This document shows positions 42,971 to 53,300 of a stretch of 64,000 bases of DNA, one piece after another; within the stretch, counting starts at the first letter, position 1, and each line of letters begins with the position of its first letter. The DNA comes from Piedraia hortae CBS 480.64 (Eukaryota). The notes under the pieces were generated by a model, which was given only the letters and a program-made list of their open reading frames with translations, had not been told where the DNA came from and did no database searches. The position numbers and the translations under genes were made by a program. The stretch spans positions 124,001 through 188,000 of the forward strand of contig MU005962.1 in the NCBI GenBank assembly GCA_010093745.1, read 5' to 3'.

Positions 42971-43720
42971 ATGGAGGACGCAGCGGGGAACTTTGTCCCG
43001 CCTGCACGCGGAGCCGAAATGCGCAACTTCTTGCAGGCGCGTCTTCAGAAGAACCGCGCGCCGCCGCTTGTCCACGCCTGGGACTTTTACCACGACCGCC
43101 AGGACCGCAGCAAGAGCAGCACCTTGTCCAATGCAGCAACACAGGCTAGCGAGGGTACAGACGGCGGGGTGGAGAGCTACGAACAGCGACTGGAGCACTT
43201 GGCCGTGATTGACGATGTCAGAAAGTTCTGGAACGTGTTCAACAACTTTGATCTGGGACAGCTGGCGCTGAGGGACAGCGTACATCTCTTCCACAAGGGC
43301 GTTAAACCTGTATGGGAGGATCCCCGCAACACTCGAGGCGGGAGCTGGACGTTCCGCGTGCCCAAGGACCGGGCCCACGAATTCTGGAAGGAAATATGTA
43401 TGATGGCCATTGGCGAACAGCTGCAGGCTGCGGTTAACGACCCTTCACGCACCGTCTTTCGCGATGACATTTGCGGCGTTAGTATCGGAGTCAGATTCAA
43501 CAGCATGCTCATCCAGATTTGGAACCGAGACGGCGATCACCAGGCGGGTATCGACGCCATCCTGAGAACCGTCTTGCTGAACCTCAGCGAGGGCCTGATG
43601 CCCAGGGACGGGAGCTACTACTACAAGAGACACCGCGAGCACGCCGGGTTTGCCGCTCCGTCGGGAGGAGAAGCTCCGGAGAAAGATCAGGCTGGGGATA
43701 ATGGCGTGGAGAAGGCGTGA
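42971..43720 (+). CDS. eIF4E-family cap-binding protein, class II (4EHP-like)
   Basis: HAWDFY, KFWNVF, HLFHKGVKPVWEDPRN, DDICGVSIGVR and IQIWNRD; Tyr at the W56-equivalent position (ESYEQRL). Confidence 0.88.
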   Translation: MEDAAGNFVPPARGAEMRNFLQARLQKNRAPPLVHAWDFYHDRQDRSKSSTLSNAATQASEGTDGGVESYEQRLEHLAVIDDVRKFWNVFNNFDLGQLALRDSVHLFHKGVKPVWEDPRNTRGGSWTFRVPKDRAHEFWKEICMMAIGEQLQAAVNDPSRTVFRDDICGVSIGVRFNSMLIQIWNRDGDHQAGIDAILRTVLLNLSEGLMPRDGSYYYKRHREHAGFAAPSGGEAPEKDQAGDNGVEKA

Positions 43721-44004
43721 GGTGTGGTGGTGAAAGGGATCACGTGTTGAAGAATGCTTTTCCAGTAAATGAAACGCAGGGTGAATAGGTGAATAGCGTC
43801 TAAACAGGGTGAATACGCCGGAATAAGTGTAACAACGTAAAAGGGTGTAACGTACGCGTCACGTTTGTGGCTTTGATGAAGGGTCCGACGGATGAAACGG
43901 ACAGCAAACACCGCCCCTAACCCTACGCGCGCTCATCAGACATAGCCACACAGACACGCACAGCACAGCCCTTCTCTATCGTAAATAGCTAGCCGCCGTT
44001 ATCA

Positions 44005-45411
44005 ATGGCTCATTACTCCCGTGCGGGCCCCTCGCGTCCACACGGCTACGACGAGCCTCTGGCCAGCAGCCACTTTGGTCCATCGCACTACGCACCCGAC
44101 GAAGAGGACGACGCCATCCCGATGAACGGGCCTAAACACAACTCCACCACAACCCTCTCTCCCATCCTCCACTCGGAAGCGGACGAGACGGGCGAGATGC
44201 GGCGGTCCCCCAAACGGCGGAAGAGCGGGTGGTTCAGCGGACGCGTCACGTGGGTCGTCTACATCCTGACGCTCGTCCAGTTGATCGTCTTCATCGCCCA
44301 GCTGGTACGGAATGCCGTCCTGACCAAGTCTCCTATCGAAATTCACCCCTCGTTCAACCCCATGATGGGCCCTTCGCCTTATGTTCTCATCAATATGGGT
44401 GCACGTTACCAGCCGTGCATGCACAAGATGCCCAATGTGCAGAACGAGACTGTACCCATTCAGTGGCCTTGTCCCAATGCCACGTCTACCACCGGTGCAG
44501 ACGTCTCTTGCTCGCTCTCTGAACTCTGTGGCTTGGGCGGCGTCTCCGACCCAGTAGTCGGTGGGTCGTACGACAACAGCCCAGCACCCGATCAATGGTG
44601 GCGCTTCATTGTACCAATTTTTCTGCATGCTGGTATCATCCACATCGGCTTCAATCTGATCCTGCAGATGACCTTGGGCCGGGACGTGGAGAAGCTAATT
44701 GGCAGCTTCCGCTTCGCAGTCGTGTATTTTGCCGCTGGAATATTCGGCTTTGTGCTCGGTGGGAATTTTGCCGCAACGGGGATCGCATCCTGCGGCTGTT
44801 CTGGATCTCTCTTTGGCATCCTGGCCATTACCCTGCTCGACTTGCTCTACACATGGTCCAAACGTCTGTCTCCCATCAAAGACCTTCTCTTCATCATAAT
44901 CGACGTCGCCATTGCCTTTGTGCTAGGTTTGCTCCCCGGTCTGGATAATTTCAGCCATATCGGCGGCTTCCTCATGGGCTTGGTTCTCGGCGTCTGCATA
45001 TTACGCTCGCCAGCCTCTTTTACCCGCAACAACGCACGGGATGCCTTTGCCCGTGACGTTACAAAACCAGTTCGTTACAGCGGAATCTCTCGTCCATCAG
45101 ACACTGCCGACCCCGATCACGGCGTTCACGGCTTCATGAAGAGTCCCATCCGCTTCTTCGAAAACCGACGAGCCGTCTGGTGGGCGTGGTGGTTGGTCCG
45201 GGCAGCTGCCTTGGTAGGCTGCCTGGTCGGATTCATCCTGCTGCTAAAAAACTTTTACGAATGGCGTCTGACGTGCCACTGGTGCAAGTATCTCAGTTGT
45301 CTGGACATTACCGTCGGAGGGACAAACTGGTGTGATGTCGGCAATCTTAACTTTACGCCCGTCAGCGGCGGGCCACCAAGCGGTTCTCCGCCGTCTCTGC
45401 GCCTTGTTTGA
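44005..45411 (+). CDS. Rhomboid-family intramembrane serine protease
   Basis: NPMMGPS, QWWRFIVPIFLHAGIIHIGFN, catalytic GCSG and DNFSHIGG. Confidence 0.92.
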   Translation: MAHYSRAGPSRPHGYDEPLASSHFGPSHYAPDEEDDAIPMNGPKHNSTTTLSPILHSEADETGEMRRSPKRRKSGWFSGRVTWVVYILTLVQLIVFIAQLVRNAVLTKSPIEIHPSFNPMMGPSPYVLINMGARYQPCMHKMPNVQNETVPIQWPCPNATSTTGADVSCSLSELCGLGGVSDPVVGGSYDNSPAPDQWWRFIVPIFLHAGIIHIGFNLILQMTLGRDVEKLIGSFRFAVVYFAAGIFGFVLGGNFAATGIASCGCSGSLFGILAITLLDLLYTWSKRLSPIKDLLFIIIDVAIAFVLGLLPGLDNFSHIGGFLMGLVLGVCILRSPASFTRNNARDAFARDVTKPVRYSGISRPSDTADPDHGVHGFMKSPIRFFENRRAVWWAWWLVRAAALVGCLVGFILLLKNFYEWRLTCHWCKYLSCLDITVGGTNWCDVGNLNFTPVSGGPPSGSPPSLRLV

Positions 45412-45854
45412 GTCTCATGTGTATATGTAATGATGGGGCAGCGAGGCGTTGGGTTAGATGTTTATAGATTATGTGTTATTGACGTCCACTGTATGTGATG
45501 CAAATGGTATCGAGGATGGGGCTTCCGTTTTCACTACGTGAAGATTGTCAACCTTAGTCAAGCAAAGAGGCTCCCGACTTTGGAACATCTCTTCGTTCCT
45601 ACCCCCAGAATTTTTGGAGCAGCATAACCATATGGAACAGTCCAGTTCAAAATTCCGGGTGGTCCGAAGTCGAGATAAGAAATGACCAATCCTGACAGCA
45701 TCTATTACAGCAGTCATGAACTTCCTTTCCGGCAGCGAAATGGGACATTACCCTCCATCCTCGATATATAACCAAGGAGATGTAAATGGAAAGCAACCCC
45801 GAAGAAAGCAAATTGCAATAGCAACGGAACAGTCGCACGACCAGGTCTCTTCTC

Positions 45855-46840
45855 GAATGAGATATGGGGATTCGAACTTTGACCCGAGTCATGGATGAAG
45901 TTGTGATGACTCGATCGTCCTCCTTGGATTAAGGAAACCAAATATTCTGGATATACAACAGTCTATGGGAAGAGGATGAATCCAGCCAAATTCAAGATAA
46001 AAATTCTCACACGACTTACTAGTACACCTCAGGAAAACCCATACTGGAAGAAACGGTCGGGGGAAGGGGAGATTTTACCTTGGTTGGGAGGAAATCAGCT
46101 TTGTAAAGAATGAGATGGGGTTCCAAGCTTTCAACCGAGTCATGGATGAGGTTGTGATCACTCGGTCATTTTCATCGGGCTGAGAAAATCAAAGTACCGA
46201 CAGGGATACGAATTCAATGATGAGAGAAGAGTGAGTCTCGGCCAAACATATGGCAATAGTTCACTTACGATTCTTAGTGCTCCAAAGGGGACGCAGACAG
46301 TGATAAATATTTTCCGAAAGCAAAAATTAATGGAAAGGGGGAAGACCAAGCAGAATAATAAAATATCCACATGGAAAAATGGGCCGGGGGGGCCGGGGAA
46401 GAAGGGGAAAAGGGAGATTCTACTCTCAGTGTGATGAGATTAACCTTCCCAAGAATGAGAGATAAGTTTTTGAACTTTACTGCGTGGTTGGTCCTAGGTC
46501 ATGAAAGGGTGTCACAACTCGATTGTCCACTTCGGGATGAGGAGACTACGTATCCTAAATCACCGCGTTTGGAGATGAGAAAAACATGAAACTTGCCAAG
46601 CTTGTCACGGAAAAGTTGCTCATGATTCTTGGCGCTCACGATAAGAGTCAACGAAAAGATCGTAAACGCCTCTGGAATCGAGAATCAATGAAAAGGGAGA
46701 GATCAAGCAGCTAAGTAAAAATCCCTACGCGAGAAAAAAATTACTCAATGGAAGAGAAAGTTATTCTGCGTGATGGGAGAACGAAAGCAACATACAATCG
46801 TCCCCATCGGACCCAAAATACCAACTCCTCGACAAGAAAA
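45855..46840. repeat. Degenerate repeat, 3-4 copies spaced ~250-360 bp
   Basis: gaatgagat..ccgagtcatggatga(a/g)gttgtgat(g/c)actcg(a/g)tc at ~45855 and ~46108, with weaker copies at ~46495 and ~46770. Confidence 0.65.
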
Positions 46841-47513
46841 GTCTAGTCTAACTCGCCAAGAATGGGTACATTCTCGGCGGACCTGCGCGCAGAAATTTTC
46901 CCTTCACCAAAAAACCTAAATATACGTAGAGCTTACAAAACATGACTCATTGCATGTAGCGAACACTGTTCCTGCCTGTTTCGGCGCATGAGCTAGCAAT
47001 GCTCCTTTGAGACAACGTTGCTTGTCTGATATAGCAATACTTGTCCAACATAGCAATGCTTGTCCGGGATAGTAGTGCATTGTCTGAGTCATTACCTCTT
47101 GTCATAGTCAGCGCTTTGTAAGCCAGGGGGTAGATAGCGGCCATCTTTTTGCCCTTGTCTACCCTCCGAGAGCATTTTGCCCATTTTTCATTTGGTGCAC
47201 TCGTGGTTCCACGGCCTGACATCATCCTGGTGTCCCAGCGTCCTACAAGCACTGTAGGGAACCCACACAGGGAACCCACACAGGGAACCATCCCAACCCT
47301 GTACAAAAAAATGACACGATACATGAAACCTATACAACGGAGGGAAAACACAACAGAAAAAAGAAATTGCAAGAGAAAGTATTATCCACGCATGACTCAT
47401 ACGAATACAGCACACCGCCCGCGTGTCCGTTTTAAAGCCAATCACCCAAAACAATCGCAACAAGAAAGAAACGAACATCATCCCATAACAACTCATACAC
47501 CCATCACTCCACA

Positions 47514-49740
47514 TCAATACGTATCCCCCACATCATCATCCGTCCATTCGCTCTCCGCCGCACCAGACCTTACACTAAACTCCCTCCCTCCAGTCATCAC
47601 CCCCGCCGAAGTCGCAGGCCTCTTGACCGTGGCCCTAAAATCCTCTTGTTCCTCATCCGACCCATCTGTGAACGTCTCCCAATTTTCACTACCAGCGATA
47701 GCTGATCCGACGGCGGAACCATTCGACGTGGCGCTCGGCGCCCTCGAATCAGTCGAAGGCGCATAACTCTGTGGGGTGTAGCTCTGCGGAACGTATCCCT
47801 TGGGGGTATATTGCGGCGTGTACCCCCTGCTAGTCATGTACCCCTCCTTGAGAGAATCATGCGACACCACCGCGCGATGATAATTTGGTCTAGGCGGTGG
47901 CCCCATAACGCCTTTCCTCTCAAATACATCCTCTGGCTCCACTTGGCGGACGACGCTCCCACTTCTCCCTAAACCGGGTAGCGCTGCAGCCGGAGGCGGG
48001 GTGAACAAGTTCCTGAGCTGAGAGGGCGGGGCCCTCCCCGCTCCCCTAATCGTGCTGGAGAGATCCTCACTTCGCGAAGCTTTGTGCCGTAGGGACTGCG
48101 TCCGTTCGGGGGAGTTCTGGCCGTCGCGGAGGGTGCTCATTGGGAGGCGCGAAGCGGGACCCTTCGTCGGACTGGTTTTGCCCATAACCGACGAATTCAT
48201 GACTGAGGAGTTGAGGGTGGAAACTGGTCTCACCACCTTCCCCTGTGGCGTCTTCCCCCTCACCGTCCCTGCCCGACTCTGCGCGCGAAGCGACTCAGTC
48301 CTTACCGGCGTCTTCCCCCTTGGCGGACACGCCTCTAATTCATCAAGATACCTCCTCCCGAGCACGCAAAACGGACGTCCATACTCCTCCTCCCAGTTTT
48401 CCAGTATCCTCCTCAATTCCCCCTCCACTTTCGGCAATTCCTTCGCAATCCGTTTCCTCATCTTCTCTTCACGGAGCAACTTCCCCGGATCGCGTCTTTC
48501 CCCCTTCTGGCCCTTCGCAAGGAGCCGGCTCGCGTCCTGACTACTCTTCTCCAACTCCTCCCTGTCTTGGATCAAACTCCTATGCTTCTCCACAGCCGCC
48601 AGTATCGGCGCGCGTTGCGCTTTTAACGCCTCCAACCTCTCAATCTCCTTCTCATGCGCCGAGAGCAAAGCATCGGTATATTCATGCGAGAACGCAGGCG
48701 TAAAATCCAACATCTCCTCCTCGGAAAAATATAATTCATCCCAGAGGGACTGGAGTTTAAACCTCGCGTCTTCGACGAAGAGGTGGAGGTTTTGTCGCTT
48801 TAGCTCGTTTAGGCGGGAGAGCTCGTCCTCGAATTCGTTGATTTGGCGGATCCCGAAGCCGCGGTTTTGACACAAAAAGGTTTTTTGGTGCGTTTCATCT
48901 ACGCCAAGGCGAGTCCAGAGGGATGAGACACTTTGGGTGAGGTCGGAGAGTTTGCGTTCGCGAGAGGCTTTCTCCGCCAAGAGGCGGTCGCGTTTGGTAC
49001 ACAGGCGGGTGAGGTCCTCGTTGTGGAGGCCGAGTTGTTCGGGGGAGGAGTGGGCGCATTGGACGATGTTGCTGTCGACTTGGGCTTGGGGGGTTCCGAG
49101 CTCGGACCACAGGTTTATGATTTCCGAGGCGGTTTGGGAGACAGCCGCTACGCGGCGGTTATATTCTTCGTAGACCCGTGTGAATTCTGCGTCGAGTTTG
49201 GTGACGTAACCTGGGCTGAGGTCGAATGTGGTGGGGATTTTGTTTCCGGATGTGGCGGGGGGGAGGTTGATTTGCACGAAGCCGGGCTCGAGATGGGCGG
49301 CATAGGACTCTAGCGCTTCGGCGAGTTTGCGGACTTGTTCGAAGCGCTCGCGGTGTTGGCGGGAGATGAGGTGGTGTTTTTCTTTGAGGGATTGGATGCA
49401 GTCTAGGAGGGGGTGGGTGACTTTTAAGGTTTCTTCTTCTGATGGATCATCGTCCAGAGAACGTTCCATTTGACGAATTGATTTGATGAGTTTTTGCGCC
49501 GTTTCGGTGAGTTCATGCTTCTCCTTTGCGACTTGGTTGAGTTGTTGGTGAAGAGTGTCTGACAATGCTGCGAAGAGCTGTTCATCACCATTAGGGGGAC
49601 GTTAGTGCATTGATGTTGTCAAAACTTACCTCTGACTCACGCGCGTCGCGCTCATGACTGGGAACGCCGATTTCGTCGAAAAAACCGTGCAGACGTTCGA
49701 TGATGGTCGTCACCTGCTGCGACAGGTACGACGTGTCCAT
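47514..49740 (-). CDS. ASE1: Spindle midzone microtubule crosslinker Ase1/PRC1; exons 49740..49630 and 49577..47514
   Basis: MDTSYLSQQVTTIIERLHGFFDEIGVP, LQSLWDELYFSEEE and RDPGKLLREEKMRKRIAKELPK; 52-nt intron. Confidence 0.94.
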
Positions 49741-50374
49741 GGCTGGGCCAATGATATTGTTGTCCGCTAAAATGTAGATGGACACAGGTCAATGCGCTGG
49801 CGCTGGTGCAGAGTTGTTATCGCGCAACGTTGTAAACAGTTGTGTAAGTGGAAAACGGGTGGGTGGATCGCGACCTGATTATAATAGAGTGTCGCAAGGC
49901 CCAAAATGCGACATAGTCGGGCAGACGCCTGCAGCGGGATAAACACCGGGCCGGTCCGCATAGCAACGCCCGTCTGATCTGTGGGGTAATATCCACAACC
50001 GTCGTTTCGTATGAGCTTCTGGTAATGGTCGCATCGGTGAATCTAACAAACATTTTGAGAACTGAATCATCAAAAATCATCGTATGTAAAAAAACGCGAT
50101 CACTGTCATAGTCGCAAGTAAACCTCCACCTAGAACCTCTCATCTCCCCGGTCATCGCAGCGATGCATTGCCTATCCCGATTACCACTGCATTTGCATTG
50201 GTAATCGCACATCCCCCATGATCCCCCCATGCCTGCATAGATCACCAGCAAGAACTATGATGGTTTTTCCGCCGCAAAAAGTTGAATATAACTTCATCTC
50301 TTCCTAGCCTACACTGCCCTCTCAATCTAACCATACATGCCCAGTCAATTAAACACCACCATGACCATTACCTC

Positions 50375-53300
50375 CTAACTAACCCCCCCCCTCCTATCCT
50401 TATAATCATCCCCCTCCAACCACCCCGTCAAAGCAACCAACAACTCGAACCCCCTCCCCACCCCCGCAACGTCCTCCCCCTTACTCTCCCTCTTAAACAC
50501 CCCAACCATCACCGCCCTATTCTCCGTCAAGAACACCCTCCCAACCTCTCTAACCTTATTATTCCCCGTCATCACAACAGCAACAATAACCCTCAACACA
50601 GCACCCATAATTCCATAAAACAACTTAACCGCCTCACCGTCCCCCAGCTCTGGATCCGTACTGAACAATCCCGACTCCCTCACCGCCTCAAAAAACCCCG
50701 AGTTGAAAACGAGGGATGAGCCCTCCGCGGTCACACAGATACGGAGGAGCACCACCATCGCGGTTTGGAAGTACGCCATCGCCGAAGATATCTCTCTCTG
50801 ATCCTGGAATAGGGTTGGCGCAGAGGAGAGGGAGGAATCAACCAACACCCCCACGAGGTTAGTTTTCTCTAGGAGTTTCAGAATTTTGGGGGTTGAGGTG
50901 GTAGTAGCTTGGTGGATGGAAATCGCCGCGTCGAGGAACAGTAACGCAGCCACACTCCCCACGTCCTGGGAAAGCGTCGCAACGACCCTCTCGATCTGCG
51001 GTCGTAGGATTTCGTGGAGCTGTTTTGTATGTGCCGATTTGGGGATGATGCTGCAGATTCTGTACGAGGTTTCGCGGAGGGAGAGGTCGTCGCTCGCCGT
51101 GATCGCTTTGAGACTCACCCTAAACGCGGCAAGTAACCTCTCCCGCGCAGCATGACTCTCCTGCTTCACTGCAGGGACCAACTCGAGCACCAAACCAGCA
51201 AGCTGTGTCGCAGCCTCGCCCTCCTCGCCCAAACTCTTCTCAAGATGGGGCAGGGTAATCTGCAGCGCCCTGAGCGCAAAACCCTCCAGCTCGGCAGGAT
51301 CAAACGTCCCGGTTGTGAGGAGTAGAGTAACTAGATCCGTCCACGCTGAGAGGGCAGCCCCCCGCGCAGCATCTATCCCCCTCCAACTATTCCAACTCCT
51401 CAAACTCGCGAGCGTGGCTTGGATTTCATCTTCCATCGCCTGCGGATCAACATCTCCCTTAACCTCCCTCGTGTGGAGGATAAACAGCTGCTCTGCGATT
51501 TGGAGGTCGTATTTCCCCTCGCGGAGACAAACTGATAGGTCGATATCCTTGAGATAATGCGGTGTAATTTCATAGGGAGGAAGCGTCTCCACCTCTAAGA
51601 AATCGAACAAATCAAAGATTGAATGCGTAGCTTCACTCTCCCCGTCGGGGAAAAGGATCGTGCCTTGCAGGATTGAGGCGGCAGATTCGAGGTTGGAATA
51701 TACCCCGCCTTCGGCATTCAGCTTTATGTCCAGAGAGGAGAATTGGAAGTAGAGTTCTCTTAGAGAGAAAAAGTCCATTACCGCCGCCGCGGAGGTTGTG
51801 AGTAATGTCTCCAGATCAGATGGAACCCGCCCGTCGAAGAGTGATGGAACGGGCTGCGTTTTCGACAACATCGCCAACGGCTCCATTGCCTGTAACTGAT
51901 TCTTCACAATTTCTGCGGTTAGGGGTGATGAGGATAATTTCAGGATGAGGGATAGACAACCCCGTTTAAGGCTCAGCAGCCAGGAGAGATTATTCTGCGC
52001 GACAGCACTGGGTGTGCTGGCTGCGCAGATTACAATGCTGTGGAAGAGGGAAGCTCCTTCTTCGAAGGCGCTGTGGGGAGCGATGGCCACGCTTCGCTCC
52101 GTGCAGTTGAAGCCAAGGAGACTATGCGCGATTGAGGGACTTGGGGAGGTGTCGATACTGGTGGTCAACATGTCTAGGAGGGCTCGCGATTTGAGGACTT
52201 TGAGGGGTTCCTCGCCTAACTCAATGTCGGGTTCTGTGATGGAGAAGTCGTGGGTGAGGATTGAGGAGGTAGCGTCGCTTGTGTGGGAGAGAGTGCTTAC
52301 TAGACGGCTGCCGAGGGGTTTTCCTCCGCTGCCATCGTCGCCGCGGCCGGTTAGTTTGCTTGATGATAAGACTTTGCGGAAGAGGGTGATTGATTCGAGA
52401 GATAGAATGACGTGGCGGGAGGCGAGGTAGGAGATCATGTGTCCCAATGATGAGAGATGGGTTAGGGCAAGGTCGTTGAACGAGGCGAATGCAGAGTTTG
52501 ATACCGCGTCTGAGCGGGAAAGGGTTTGCATTTTGATCATTGGACGCACAATGTCGAGATAAGTGGTTTGTAAGTCGAGGATTAGGTTCATCACTTGTAT
52601 GCTCTTCCATGCGGTCTGCACCATGGGAGAGTTCTCGTCTGCTTGGTCTAGGCTGTTGAGATCCCACCGTGCGGAGTCGAATAGGGCTGCTGCGACGTTG
52701 TCGTTGAACATCCACTCCATCACCCGGGCGAAAGGGTGAAGGCGGACGTAGGTGGCGAGGGAGGAGGCTTTGATGGTGGCGTCGACTGCTACATCAGTGG
52801 CATTGGCGAGGATGACGAGGTTTTCGTTGAACGTGGTCAGGCAGGTGTAGATGAGGTCGAGGCAGGCATACCGTAAAACAGTGCCTTCAGTGGTGGCCAA
52901 GCCTTCTACCACAGGACTTGGCGATAAACGGAATACGGTCCCAATCGCAAAATCGATGTAGACGTCAATCCCGGCATGTCGATTAGGCGCGCCTAGGTTC
53001 TCTGGAAAAGGGAGAGAGTCCAGCGTTGGTCCCGCTTGGCTCGGCGAAGGAGCAATTAGAGCAGTAAGCAACGACACAAACGCCGTGGCAATCTCAGGCT
53101 TGTCGTTGAACCGCTGCAGGTAATGCCGTTCTGACGCAATCCTGACAGGAGCCTGGGGTCGAAGAGCATCTGCAGGACCGCCTCCAGAGATCCAATTATC
53201 CAGCATTACCCAGCAGCCATCATTGACTTCCTGCACCTTGTCCGTCAACATGGCAGACAGCATATTGAAACAAGACGCCTGAATTCGCCCTTCAATCCCG

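Noticed and set aside
45855..46840. CRISPR-like reading of the palindromic repeats
   Set aside because: Only two good copies, spacing of ~250-360 bp, homology extending beyond the core, eukaryotic context and no cas-like gene. Kept only as an unexplained repeat.
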